Shown one piece after another: positions 1 to 13,300 of a DNA stretch of 64,000 bases. Position 1 is the first letter of the stretch; the number at the start of each line of letters is the position of its first letter. The notes beneath the pieces were generated by a model that was not told where the DNA came from, searched no databases, and was given only the letters and a program-made list of their open reading frames with translations. Source of the DNA: Azolla caroliniana (lineage: Eukaryota; Plantae; Polypodiophyta). Both the position numbers and the translations under genes were made by a program. The stretch is taken from contig JBHGNT010000021.1 in NCBI GenBank assembly GCA_043228905.1, positions 7,998,001-8,062,000 on the forward strand. Direction: 5' to 3'.

Positions 1-561
1 GCCCGGTGAGAACCGGATGTGGAGTACCCGACAACGGAAGACCCGGTGAGAACCGAATGACGAGTACCCGGCAAGCGCCGGATGATGCAAGCCCGGTGAG
101 GAGTGCTCACCGTATGAAGGGACATATTCATAAATATGTTTTTGAGAGTCCATCGGGGCTATATTTGTAAATAGCCGAAAAGTCATATTAGTATAAATAT
201 GACTTAGGGCAAACTTAGAGTGTGGTTGTCATTCTTGTTGGCACAAGATTAGTGTGCGTAACTGTGTACAGAGTGAGTGAGAGAGAGGAAGAGGTCGTTG
301 CCTCTGTTGTAACCGCCGCCTGTGGCGAAGATAGGAAGCTCGAGGTCGTTGTCTCGGTGCTTCTCTATTGTACATTCTAATATAGTGATAGTTTGCAGTC
401 TGTGGGCTGCCGTGGTTTTTTCTGTAGTTTGGGTTTTTCCACGTTAACATCCAGTGTACTCTTCTCTTCACTGTGTTGTGCATTCATTCCCGTCTTCTGT
501 GTTTGATTCTAAGCTCGGTTGTGGCCGAGCGTTGTTTGTTGGGAGCGTGTAGTTCTTGTCA
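1..561 (+). repeat. 5' LTR of A (partial)
   Basis: Ends ...GTTCTTGTCA followed by AAG and the PBS; matches the 3' LTR at offset 4867. Confidence 0.93.
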
Positions 562-564
562 AAG

Positions 565-576
565 TGGTATCAGAGC
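565..576 (+). other. PBS of A (tRNA-iMet)
   Basis: TGGTATCAGAGC 3 nt after the LTR CA; the canonical plant iMet PBS. Confidence 0.93.
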
Positions 577-592
577 GAGGCAACATAGAAAA

Positions 593-3500
593 ATGGACGA
601 TTCGTTGGGAGGCATGTTCAACCTCACCGGCTCCAACTATTCGGTGTGGAAGTCGAAGATGAGGGACATGCTCGTGGTTAAAGAACTTTGGCTGCCGGTT
701 CAGTTCAGGTACAAGAGACCGGACAAAATCGACGCTGCGATATGGGAGGTGATGCACATGAAGACAACGACGTACATACGGTCCTTCATCAACATGAGTC
801 TATACAACAACTTCAATGAAGAGAGCAAGGCTCATGAGCTTTGGGAGAAGATCGGCATTATGTTTCAGAACAAAAATGTTGTTAACCAGGTTTTGGTATT
901 CCAGAAGCTAGTAAGACTCCAGTACGAAGATGGCTCTAGCATGGCGGAGCACATGAATGCCTTCCAGGGACTGATACACCAGGAAACATCATTGGAAGTA
1001 CCTCTCGCCAATGAGGTACTAGCGCTACTCCTGCTCGGTTCCCTCCCGGATTGCTAGGAGACGTTGGTTGTCACTTTGGGCAACGCCGGGCCGGAAGGGA
1101 AACGGTTATCCCTAGCAAGAGTGAAGTCGAGCTTGCTAGATGAGGAGGCACGTCGGAAAGATAAGGATATGAGCTCCAACTCCAAAGCACTCCTTACTGA
1201 ATCGGAACGTGGAAGACAAAGGAACCGTAGCCCCCAGAACCGGGAAAAGTCGGGGACACGGTCAAAGTCAAGGGGGAGGCCTACTTGCTTCTATTGCGGC
1301 AAGCCGGGACACTTCTAGAAAAACAGTCGGCACTTCCAAAAGGACAAGGAGGCCGACGACATCGATTCTAAGCGGACACTGGACCGAAACGGTAAAGATT
1401 GGAGGGGGCCGGACCAGAAGGGAACGACGGCAATCGTGGCAAGTGAAGCAGAGTTGATGCTCATCACCAAGGAGAGTGAGATAAACCTTGCCGGCGACGA
1501 GATGACCTGGGTGGTCGACTCCGGAGCGTTATTCGACCTTACCCTAGACCGGAAATGCTTCTCATCCTACTTAGTCGGTGATCATGGATGTGTCCGGATG
1601 GGGAATGAAGGTACATGCTGAATTGTTGGCATAGGAGACGTGTGGTTGACAACACCAACCGGATGCAAGCTGCTGCTAAAGGATGTCCGACACGTTCCGG
1701 AGGTTCGTCTGAACCTGATATCAGCCGGTTGGCTAAATGATGAAGGCTACACGGGTAGCATCCGGAACGGTGTTATGAAGTTCAGAAAAGGGAGCCTAAT
1801 TGTGGCTCCGGCCCGGAAGGTAAACACGTTGTACCTGATGAATGCTCGATTATGCCCGGAAGAAGTGAACGTGGCATCCGACACTGCCGGTGAGCTGTGG
1901 CACAAGAAACTGTCACATGAGCGAGAAGGGGATGAAGAGGCTTACAGACGACAACCTCATTCCAGTGAAGAACGTGCACTTGGAGAAGTGCACTAATTGT
2001 CTGGCCGGTAAGCAAAACCAGACCTCTGTCTGACCAAGGCCACCAATGAGACGTAATGCACCAGTAGATTTGGTGCATACTGATGTGTGTCAAGTGGACA
2101 CAAAGTCACATGCTAGAGCGTAGTACTTCGTGACGTTTATAGATGACCACAGCCGGAAGCTGTGGGCCACACTGTTGAAAATGAAGGATCAGGTGCTATC
2201 CGTCTTCAAAGAGCTCCACGTGAGAGTGGAAAGAGAAACAAGCCGGAAGCTGAAGGCGGTTCGAGCAGATAACGGAGGAGAATACCGGGGGCAGTTCGAG
2301 GCGTACTGCCCCTCAAAGGGAATCCGGCTCGAATTTACCGTGCGGAAGACGCCGGAACTAAACGGGCTGGCCGAGAGGATGAACCGAACCATAATGGAGA
2401 GGGTCCGGAGTATGCTAGCGCATGCAAAACTTCCCAAGGTGTTTTGGGCTGAGGCGTTGTCGATAACGACGTATGTGATAAACAGATCACCCTTAGTACC
2501 CTTGGACGGAGACACGACACAGAGAGTATGGACTGGTAAGGAAGTGTCCTACCGGCATCTGAAGGTGTTCGGGTGTCTCGCGTACGTGCATGTAGCTAAG
2601 GACCGGAGAGGAAAGTTAGATCCAAAGACCCAGCCATGCATATTCCTCGGTTACAACGACGATGATTTCGGCTACTGAGTGTGGGACCTGGTCGACAAGA
2701 AGGTATTCGGAGTCGAGATATTATCTTCATGGAGGACAAGATGCTCGCCGACTGGGAGTCGGAGAAGAAGATAATGAACTCCGAGTTGACCGGTAAGGAG
2801 ATGAGCAAACCCAACCGGCAAGAGACTGGTTAGGACTCGAGGAACCAGCCGGTTACGGTGAGGATACCGAACCGGTAGAAGAAGAAGTAGAGGAAGCTGA
2901 AACCGGAACCGGCCAAGACCCCAAATCGGATTCGGATGAAGAGCAAATGGAGGAGTCGGTTATCGAAGCTCAAAGACGGAGATATCCTCTCAGAGAGAGA
3001 AGGCCCCCCTAGAGATTTCTGGATACAGAGCATGTGCTGCTGACCGATGAGGGGGAGCCATAAAGCTTCGAGGAAGCTAAAAGTGACGCCCATAGCCGCA
3101 AATGGTTAAGTGCCATGCAGGATGAGATGGATTCCCTGCATGAGAACCATACGTACGAATTGGTGGAGTTGCCAAAAGGAAAGAGGGCACTTCGAAACAA
3201 GTGGGTGTACAAGTTGAAACTGGGAGATGCCAACAACCCCCCGAGATACAAAGCGAGGATCGTGGTCAAGGGGTTCCAGCAGAAGAAGGGTGTGGACTTC
3301 GATGAGATATTTGCCCCGGAGTAAAGATGACCTCCATCTAGACGGTGCTGAGTATAGCGGCAAGCATGGACCTCGAGGTAGAGCAGCTGGACGTGAAGAC
3401 GACATTCCTTCACGGTGACCTCGAAGAAGAGATCTACATGCAGCAACCGGAAGGTTTCGTGGAGAAAGGGAAGGAGCGCTTGGTTTGCTGGTTGAAGAAG

Positions 3501-4625
3501 AGTTTGTACGGACTGAAGCAGGCTCCCCGACAATGGTACCGGAAGTTCGACTCCTTCATGACCGATCAAGGGTACCACAAGACACAGGCTGATCACTGCG
3601 TGTTTGTGAAGAAGTTCCAAGGTGGCGACTTCCTGATACTCCTTCTGTATGTGGACGACATGTTGATCGTCGGATGGGACCAAGCCAAAATACGGATGTT
3701 GACGAAGGCTCTCAACCAAACTTTCGCAATGAAAGACTTCGGTCCGGCAAGACATATGCTGGGGATGTATATCATCCGGAACCGGCCAATGAAGCAATTG
3801 TGGCTGTCACAAGAGAAATACGTGACAAAGGTGCTTCAGCGGTTCAACATGTTAGAAGCGAAACGAGTCGGATCGACACTCCCGGCAAACTGCAGATTAT
3901 CCGGTAAGCAAAGCCCGGAGACGAAAGCTGAGAAGGCTGATATGATAAAGGTTCCATATGCCTCAGCCGTCGGGAGCTTAATGTACGCAATGGTGTGTAC
4001 CCGGCCGGATATAGGATACGCAGTCGGAGTGGTGAGCCGGTTTATGAGCAATCCCGGCAAGGAGCACTGGAACGCTGTCAAATGGATACTCCGGTACTTG
4101 AAGGGCACTTCGAAAATGTGTCTTTGATTCGGCTCCGGTAAACCTCAACTTGATGGTTTTACCGATTCGGACATGTCGGTTGATGTGGATACCAGCCGGT
4201 CTACATCCGGGTATGTAATGACATATGCAGGGGGAGCTGTTCCGTGGCAGTCGAGGCTGTAGAAGACGGTTGCGTTGTCAACCACGGAGGCGGAGTACAT
4301 GGCGGCAGTGGAAGCTCGCAAGGAAATATTATGGATGAAGGAATTCATTGGAGAGCTCGGTATCCGACAAGATGAATATCGGCTCCATTGCGAAAGTCAA
4401 AGTGCCATCCACCTTGCTAAGAATGCGGCCTACCATTCCCGGACGAAGCATATCCAACGAAGGTATCACTAGATCCGGGAAAGAGTAGAGGACCAGGAGT
4501 TCGCGCTGACGAAGATCCACACGGCTGAGAACGGGTCAGATATGCTGACCAAAGTACTGATACCCGACAAGCTGGAAGCATGCCGGAAGCGGATCAGACT
4601 AGTAAGACATCCCATGTCGGAGTGA
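593..4625 (+). pseudogene. Copia gag-pol of A with multiple stops and frameshifts
   Basis: Zinc knuckle CFYCGKPGHF; protease WVVDSGA; integrase FIDDHSRK..DNGGEY..NGLAERMNRT; RT LLYVDDML; RNase H TEAEY..HSRTKHI. Confidence 0.95.
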
Positions 4626-4635
4626 AGGGGGAGTT

Positions 4636-5405
4636 TGTTAGGAAACAGGTCCCTCCGGATGGGAAGTGAGAAGAACAATACTGATGAGCAAACTCAGCCG
4701 AGCCCGAAACCGGATGTGGAGTACCCGGCTACAGTTATTGGAGTTATGTCGAAGGAACTAATGATGCAGCACCCCAGTCGAGCCCGAAACTGGATGTGGA
4801 GTACCCGGCTACGGAAGACCCGGTGAGAACCGGATGACAAGTACCCGGCAAGAGCCGGATGGTGAAGACCCGGTGAGAACCGGATGTGGAGTACCCGACA
4901 ACGGAAGACCCGGTGAGAACCGAATGACGAGTACCCGGCAAGCGCCGGATGATGCAAGCCCGGTGAGGAGTGCTCACCGTATGAAGGGACATATTCATAA
5001 ATATGTTTTTGAGAGTCCATCGGGGCTATATTTGTAAATAGCCGAAAAGTCATATTAGTATAAATATGACTTAGGGCAAACTTAGAGTGTGGTTGTCATT
5101 CTTGTTGGCACAAGATTAGTGTGCGTAACTGTGTACAGAGTGAGTGAGAGAGAGGAAGAGGTCGTTGCCTCTGTTGTAACCGCCGCCTGTGGCGAAGATA
5201 GGAAGCTCGAGGTCGTTGTCTCGGTGCTTCTCTATTGTACATTCTAATATAGTGATAGTTTGCAGTCTGTGGGCTGCCGTGGTTTTTTCTGTAGTTTGGG
5301 TTTTTCCACGTTAACATCCAGTGTACTCTTCTCTTCACTATGTCGTGCATTCATTCCCGTTTTCTGTGTTTGATTCTAAGCTCTGTGTTTGATTCTAAGC
5401 TCGGT
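4636..5405 (+). repeat. 3' LTR of A, missing its last ~40 bp
   Basis: Starts TGTTAGG 2 nt after the PPT; similarity to the 5' LTR stops at ...CTCGGTT 5405. Confidence 0.9.
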
Positions 5406-6264
5406 TTGGTCAAAGAAGCCGGATAGATGTACCAATTGGGATCCACACCATTTTGTATTCGGATAGCCAGTGAATGCACCGTTTTGTACCTAGACCGGAT
5501 ACCTATATAAAGTATCCAGATTGTATGTATTAGGGGGCAAGTAATGAGCGAGTAATGTAATTCTAAATTTTTTATCTTGTGTACTTGCCTTGCCGTCTGC
5601 ACTTATCTTCCTAATCTTACGCATGTAATGCATTGTCGGATATGATCTATGTAATCCGGAAGGTAACTGGATAAGTTATATGTGTGAGGAAACGTTAATC
5701 CATTTGTCCGACCACACCTTTCGAGACGTATAATGGAAAGGGATACCTTGTGTTTGCGGCTAGAGTCCAACCTAGAATAAACACTATTTTGGTGACCACG
5801 ATTTCTACATAGAGTAGTGAACACCGGAGGATGGATGTCGTCTAGACAGATGAACGACCTAGTAGCTGAATGAGTGAGAAGACTAGCCGAGAGACTACGA
5901 AGACGAGAAGCGTACTAGGAAGCAGCCGAGGAGATCTGACAAGCTCGTAGAAGAAACAATTTGGATACAAAATCAACGCCATTCAGACGAGGAAAGTTGC
6001 CTCACAAACCTTGTCGGCGTTGAGGCCCTATTACAAACCTTAGCAGTCGGGGCCAGGGATTCGCGCGCATTTTCGGCTTACAAACAATGAATGAAGTGCC
6101 CATTCTAATTACAAATCTAGTCATGGCACTCCGGAGGAGCCGGAGGAGGAAGTCTTAGAACAGACACGAACACCGGGTTTCGGAACCAAGACACTAACAC
6201 CACCGGTAGAAGAAGCGATCCCGGTGCAAACACCACCAACAGAAGAAGCTATACCGGTGCAGAC

Positions 6265-6818
6265 TATTGAGAAACAGGTTCATCTGGATGGGAAGAGAGA
6301 AGAGCCGAGTTGATGAGGAACTCGGGCTCGGCCGAAACTGAAATCGTGTAGACAGCCAACTCGGGAGACTATATCTGTAAATAGTCGAAATAAGCCTCTG
6401 TGGGCTATACTTGTAAATAGTCTGAAAGTTGTACTAGTATATAAGCATCTAGGGCAATCATTATAGGAGAGATCATTATTGTGAGATAGTTAGTACGGGG
6501 TCATTGCCTGTGTAATTGTGAGTGAGAGAGAACATGTGAGGAAGAGAGAGTGAGAGAGTGTGTAACTCCATAGCCGTATGTTGACGTAAGAGATCTCGAG
6601 GTCATCGCCTCAAAGTTTCTCATTGTACCCCTCTTCATCATAGTGATCAGGTTCGGAGTTTGTGGACTCCACGTGGTTTTTCCCAGTTCAGGTTTCCACG
6701 GTAAAATCTGTGCGTTCTCTGTTTTTGCTATTCTATTCTTCGGATTTTGGTCTGAGCGTTACTTCTTGCACACGAATATACAAACAACAACTGGTTGTGG
6801 CTGGTGACGAGTGCAACA
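6265..6818 (+). repeat. 5' LTR of B
   Basis: Starts TA (mutated TG), ends GTGCAACA, followed by AG and TGGTATCAGAGC. Confidence 0.88.
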
Positions 6819-6833
6819 AGTGGTATCAGAGCG

Positions 6834-7954
6834 ATGGAAGACTCATTCGGAGGCATGTTTAAGCTAACCGGCTCCAACTAGTCAGTGTGGAAGTCGAAGA
6901 TGAGGGACATGCTGGTGGTTAAAGATCTCTGGTTGTCGGTACAGTTCGGGGATAACAAACCAGACAAGATAAATGCCACGAGATGGGAGGTGATGCACAT
7001 GAAGACGACTGCATACATTAGATGCTTCATCGACATGACCCTATAGAACAACTTCAACGAAGAAAGCAAGGCTCATGAACTCTGGGAGAAGATAGGCATC
7101 ATGTTCGATAACAAGAATGTCGTGAATCGAGTCTCGGTTTTCCGGAAGCTGGTGAGACTCAGATATCAGGAAGACTCCAGTATGGCAGAGCACATGAATG
7201 CCTTCTAGGGGCTCATAAACCAAGACACCTCGTTGGAAGCACCTCTGGTCGATGAGGTACTTGCCTTCCTATTGCTTGGTTCCTTCCCGGATAGTTGGGA
7301 GATGCTAATTGTCACTTTGGGCAACGCTGGGCTGGAAGGAAAGCAACTATCTCTAGCAAGAGTGAAGTAGAGCTTGCTAGTTTAAGAGGCGTGTCGGAAA
7401 GACAAGGAAGTGATCTCTGACCTAAAAGCCCTGATTTCCGAATCCGACGCACAACGAGGGAGAAATCGGAATCGGAGTCCCCAGAACTGGGAAAAGTCGG
7501 GGACAAGGTCAAAGTGAAGGGGGGGGCCTACTTGCTTCTATTGTGGGAAGCCAACGCACTTCCAGAAGAATTGTCAACATTTCTGGAAAGAGAAAGGGAC
7601 CGACAATGCCGATTCGAAGAAGATTTCGGACTGAAATGGTTCGGACCAGAAAGGCTTGGATTTGAAGGGAACGTCGGCAATCGCGACAAGCGAGGAAGAA
7701 TTGATGCTCATTACTAAGGAGAATGAGTTAAATCTTGTCAGTGACAAAACGACATGGGTGGTCGACTCCAGAGCATCATTCCACTTGACACCGAACCAAA
7801 AATGCTTCTCATCCTACACAGCTAGAGATCATGATTGTGTCCGGATGGGGAATGAAGGTACCTGCCGAATTGTCGGCATAGGAGATGTGTTGTTGGCGAC
7901 ATCAACCAGATGCAAGATGATGTTGAAAGATGTCCGACACGTTCCAGAGGTTCG
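6834..7954 (+). pseudogene. B gag-protease segment
   Basis: Homologous to A gag; WVVDSRASFH; ends at HVPEVR, the C insertion site. Confidence 0.88.
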
Positions 7955-8570
7955 TGTTGGGAATATGTCCCTCCAGTGGGAGGAAGAGCCGATTGTCGAA
8001 GGGTCGAAAACAGTGAGTCGACTGTTTGAGAATTCAACTCTTATTATTATGGTAATAATAATGATGATGTTAGGAAACATGTCTCTCCGGATGGGGAGAG
8101 AGAGGAACCGAGTTGATGAGGGACTCGGCCGAGGCCGAAACCGGAATCGTGTATATAGCCTACTCGGGAGACTATATTTGTAAATAGTCTGAAAGTTGCG
8201 TAAGTATATATGTAACTAGGGCAAAATTTAGAGTAAAAAAAAAGAACAGTGTGAAGAACAGAGTTAGAACTGTAGAAACTGAGTGTGCAAAGAAGAAGGA
8301 AGAGCCACGCCATAGCTGTGTGTGTAACAACAGACGCGAAGAGTCCTGTGTGGCTGATGCACTCGTGCGAGAGTGTTGTAATCTTCTCGCTATTGTATAT
8401 CCACTATTTGTATAGTGAAGAATCTGTACTTGTGGTTTTTCCTGTTTTAGGGTTTCCACGTAAATCTCTGTGTATACTTCTGTTTATCTTGTTTTTTTGT
8501 ATTTCTGCAATTCGTATTTCAGCGTGTAGTTTGTTCATTGTGATTTATATTCCGCAACGATTTCTCAACA
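7955..8570 (+). repeat. 5' LTR of C
   Basis: TGTTGGG...TTTCTCAACA; direct repeat of 28406-29050. Confidence 0.92.
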
Positions 8571-8577
8571 AGCTGGT

Positions 8578-9618
8578 ATGAGTGGGGTATTGGAGTCGGA
8601 CTGGAAGCTTCTGAATAGGAACGCGGTAGCCACAATCCGACAATGTGTCAATGTAAGTGTCCTTCAACATGTGACGAACGACACGAATACCCACGAGATG
8701 TGGCAAAAGTTGTCAGGTCTATACGAGAGGAAGAACGTGCTAAACAGGACCTCGCTAATGAGAAAAATCGTGCGGCTGAAATACAGAGATGGTGAGAACA
8801 TCGCCGAACACACAACACATTTATGGGGTATGTAAATAAACTTGTTGTGACCAAGTTTCCCCTGGATGATGCAATGCAGGCCATCTTGCTGATGTGTACA
8901 TTGTCGGAAAGCTGGGAGAACCTGGTGGTTACTCTCAACACCTCCTATCAAGAAGAGAACTTATCTTTACAGACAGTGAAGACAAGCATCCTAAACGAGG
9001 AGGCAAGGAGGAAAGACAAAGGAGTCTTGTCCCAAATGGAGTCGAATCTGACTCAACATATGGATAGAGGAAGGGACCGGCGAAGAAGAAGTCCGCAGCG
9101 AACAAACAAATCCCATGCCAGATCGAAGTCTAGAGGTAAGCCTCTGTGCTTCTATTGCGGAAAACCTGGACACTTCCAGAAGGATTGCTAACACATGAAG
9201 AAAGACAAGAGTGTCGGAAATAATGTCGAACCCTAGAAGATTTCGGATGAGATGAACACTTTGACCATTGCTACGAGCAATGAAGAACTCCTGTTCATTT
9301 GTGAACAGACGAGTGCAAATCTTGCGAGTGAAGATTGCATGTGGGTGATTGACTCCAGCGCATCCTTTCATATTACAACATCGAAAGAGTATTTCTCAGC
9401 TTACATAGCCGGGGATCATGGTTATGTAAAGATGGGTGATAGGGGAGAGTGCAAGATAAACAGAGTCATAAGTGTGTGTTTAACGACGTCGACAGGTTGT
9501 CGACTAACGTTGAAGGATGTTTGACACGTCCCCAATATCAGATTGAATCTGATATCGACTGGAAGGCTTGATGACGAAGGCTATAGTCGTAGCTTTCGGA
9601 ATGGCAAGTGGAAGTTCT
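8578..9618 (+). pseudogene. C gag-protease segment (N-terminus and most of the PBS deleted)
   Basis: EMWQKLSGLYERKN, CFYCGKPGHFQKDC, WVIDSSASFH; only TGGTAT of the PBS remains at 8574-8579. Confidence 0.87.
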
Positions 9619-10375
9619 TGTTGAACACAGTGCTCGGCCGCAACCGAGGAATAGGATCAACTCACAGAAAACAGGAAATACAAAATGCACGAAGACAATA
9701 GAGAGAAGAGTACACAGGATGTTTTACGTGGAAAACCCTAAATGGGAAAAACCACGGGAGTCCTCAGACTCCAACTATCACTATAAACAGAGATGTACAA
9801 TGGTGAAGCTACAAGGCAACAACCTTGAGCTCACTGTCTTCGCCACAGGCGGCGGTAATACACAGAGGCAACGACCTCTTCATCTCTCTCTCACTCTCTC
9901 TCTCTCGGCTGCTCTCTTCACTCTTACACACATCAGAGTGGCAGTACACAATAGGCAACAACATCCAGCCAGCAGCACTAAACAGTTTGCCCTAAGTCAT
10001 ATTTATACACATATGACTTTCGGACTATTTACAAATATAGCCTCAAAGGGCTCTTGGAAAACATATTCACAAATATGTCCCCGCATCCGGATCTCTCTCC
10101 GGGTACATTTGTCATCCGGCTCCGTAGCCGGGGTCTTCATCATCCGGCTCCGTAGCCGGGGTCTTCATCATCCGGCTCCATAGCCGGGGTCTTCATCATC
10201 CGGATCCGGAACCGGGGTCTTCATCATCCGGATCCGGAACCGGGGTCTTCATCATCCGGATCCGGAACCGGGTCTTCATCATCCGGCTCCAAGTACCGGG
10301 TACTCCTCATTCGGGTCTTCATTCCCGATTCCCGGACATCTGACCATCCCATCCGGAGGGACCGTAATCCCAACA
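9619..10375 (-). repeat. 3' LTR of D (757 bp, six 28-bp U3 units)
   Basis: TG...CA; near-identical to 14492-15164 apart from repeat number. Confidence 0.95.
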
Positions 10376-10385
10376 AACTCCCCCT

Positions 10386-13300
10386 TCACTTCGGCATGGG
10401 ATGTCTTTCCAGTCCGACCCTCTTCCGGCACGCTTCCAGCTTGTCGGGTGTGAGCACTTTGGTCAGCATATCTGACCCGTTCTCGTCCGTGTGGATCTTC
10501 GTCAGCACGAACTCCTGGTCTTCTATCCTTTCCCGGATCCAGTGATATCTTCGCTGGATGTGCTTCGTCCATGAGTGATAGGCCGCGTTCTTCGCAAGGT
10601 GGATGGCACTCTGACTGTCGCAGTAGAGTCGGTACTCCTCCTGCCGGATACCGGGCTCTCTAATGAAGTCCTTCATCCATATTATTTCCTTGCCGGCTTC
10701 AACAGCCGCCATGTACTCCGCCTCCGTGGTTGACAACGCAACCGTCTTCTGCAGCCTCGACTGCCACGAAACAGCTCCCCCTGCATACGTCATCACATAC
10801 CCTGATGTGGACCGGCTGGTATCTGCATCAGCCGACATATCCGAATCGGTAAAGCCGTCGAGTTCGGGCTTACCGGAGCCGAATCGGAGGCACACGTTTG
10901 CCGTGCCCTTCAGGTATCGGAGTATCCACTTGACCGCGTTCCAGTGCTCTTTGCCGGGATTGCTCATGTACCGGCTCACCACTCCGACTGCATAGCCTAT
11001 GTCCGGTCTTGTACACACCATTGCGTACATCAAGCTTCCGACGGCAGAGGCATATGGTACTTTCATCATGTCCTCCTTCTCAGCCTTTGTCTTGGGGCTT
11101 TGCTTGCTGGACAACTTGCAGTTTGCCGGGAGGGTTGACCCGACCGGTCTTGCTTCCGACATGTTGAACCGGTGAAGCACCTTTGTCACGTACTTCTCCT
11201 GTGACAGCCACAACTACTTCTTTTTCCGGTCCCGGATGATGTGCATCCCTAGTATTTGCCTCGCCGGACCCAGGTCCTTCATTGAGAAGGTTCGGTGAAG
11301 CGCTTTCTTCAGCATCCGTATCTTGACCTGGTCCCGTCCGACGATCAACATGTCGTCCATGTACAGGAGGAGTATTAGAAAGTCTCCTCCTTCGAACTTC
11401 TTCACAAACACGCAGTGATCGGACTGCGTTTTGTGGTACCCTTCGTCGGTCATGAACAAGTCGAACTTTCGGTACCATTGCCGGGGAGCCTGCTTCAGTC
11501 CGTAAAGGCTCTTCTTCAACCGGCATACCAGGTGCTCCTTCCCTTTCTTCTCGAATCCTTCCGGTTGCTGCATGTAGATCTCTTCTTCGAGGTCACCGTG
11601 AAGGAATGCCGTCTTCACGTCCATCTGTTCTACCTCGAGGTCCATGGTTGCCGCTATGCTCAGCACCGTCCGGATGGAGGTCATCTTCACTACCGGGGCA
11701 AATATCTCGTCGAAGTCGACGCCCTTCTTCTGCTGGAACCCCTTCACCACGATCCTGGCTTTGTATCTCGGGGGGTTTCCGGCATCTCCCGGTTTCAGCT
11801 TGAACACCCACTTGTTTCGAAGTGCCCGTTTTCCTTTCGGCAACTCCACAAGTTCATATGTGTGGTTCTCATGCAGGGAATCCATCTCCTCCTGCATGGC
11901 ACTCAACCACCTGCGGCTATGGGTGTCAAGCTTTGCTTCTTCAAAACTCTCCGGCTCCCCCTCGTCGGTTAGCAGCACGTGCTCTGGTTCCGGAAATCTC
12001 CGGGGGGCCCTTCTCTCTCTTAGAGGATATCTCCGTTCCGGAGCTTCGGTAACCGGCTCATCCGTTTCCTCTTCATCCGAATCCATTTCGGGATCGGGGC
12101 CGGTTCCGGTATCAGTTTCATCTTCCTCGGCCGGTTCTGTTTCTTCACCGTCTTCGGCCGGATCCTCGAGTGCTAACCGGTCCCTTGCCGGTCGGGACTG
12201 CTCCTCGTAGAGTTGATCCTCACCGGTCGACTTGGAGCTCTTCATCTTCTTCTCCGACTCCCAGTCGGCGAGGGTCTTGTCCTCCATGAAGATGATATCA
12301 CGACTCCGGAATATCTTTTTGTCGACCGGGTCCCATACTCGGTAGCCGAACTCGTCATCGCCGTAACCGAGGAATATGCATGGCCGGGTCTTTGGATCTA
12401 ACTTTCCTCTCCGGTCCTTTGCCACATGCACATATGCAAGACACCCGAACACCTTCAGATGCCGGTAGGATACTTCCCTACCGGTCCACACTCTCTGCGG
12501 TGTGTCTCCGTCCAAAGGTACTGAGGGTGATCTATTTATCACATATGTCGCCGTCGACATTGCCTCAGCCCAAAATCCCTTGGGTAATTTCGCATGTGCT
12601 AGCATACTCCGGACCCTCTCCATTATGGTCCGGTTCATCCTCTCGGCCAGCCCGTTCAGTTCCGGCGTCTTCGACACAGTAAACTCGAGCCGGATTCCCA
12701 TCGAACGGCAATACTCCTCGAATTGCCCTCGGTATTCTCCTCCGTTATCCGCTCGTAGTGCTTTCAGCTTCTTGCCGGATTCTCTTTCCACTCTCGCGTG
12801 GAGTTCTTTGAAGACGGACAATACTTGGTCCTTTGTCTTCAACGGTGCCGTCCACAGCTTCCGGCTATGGTCATCTATGAATGTTACGAAGTACTGGGCT
12901 CCGCCATGTGACTTCGTTTCTACCTGACACACATCAGTGTGTACCAACTCCAATGGTACACTACGTCTCATCGATGGTCTTGAGTGGAAGGAGGTCCGGT
13001 TTTGCTTACCGGCCAGACAGTTGGTACACTTCCCCAGGTGTACGTGCTTTACCGGTATCAGGTTGTCTTCGGCAAGCCTCTTCATCCCCTTCTCGCTCAT
13101 GTGGCACAGTCTCTTGTGCCACAGCTCACCGGTAGTGTCAGCTGCCACGTTCAGCTCCTCCGGACATAGCCGGGAATTCATCAGGTACAGTGTGTTGACC
13201 TTCCGGGCCCGTGCCACTATCAGGCTCCCTTTGCTGAACTTCATGACACCGTTCCGGATGCTACCCGTGTAGCCTTCATCGTCTAGCCTCCCGGCCGAAA

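Larger units (their letters stand above)
1..5405 (+). mobile_element. Ty1/Copia LTR retrotransposon A (Tnt1/Tork-like), degenerate; 5' LTR starts before the window, 3' LTR truncated
   Basis: 1-~520 is a near-identical direct repeat of 4868-~5405; PBS TGGTATCAGAGC 565-576; domain order gag-PR-INT-RT-RH; PPT GAAGGGGGAG 4624-4633. Confidence 0.95.

Noticed and set aside
229-483. Small ORFs duplicated in LTRs (also 5096-5350, 9608-10183/14592-15290, 46535-46783/59887-60135)
   Set aside because: Duplicated only because LTRs are duplicated; no coding motifs.
10128-10295. CRISPR-like 28-bp repeats
   Set aside because: No spacers, no cas genes, and located inside an LTR.
11214-11216. Programmed readthrough in D (and at LINE 33189-33191)
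   Set aside because: Mid-domain TAG where A and E encode Gln; the LINE stop is likewise mid-RT; ordinary point mutation is simpler.
10663-13272. Many antisense ORFs over Copia pol (e.g. MKSFIHIISLPAS.., MSPSKGTEGDL..) recurring in several elements
   Set aside because: Shadow frames of conserved pol codons; recurrence reflects element homology.
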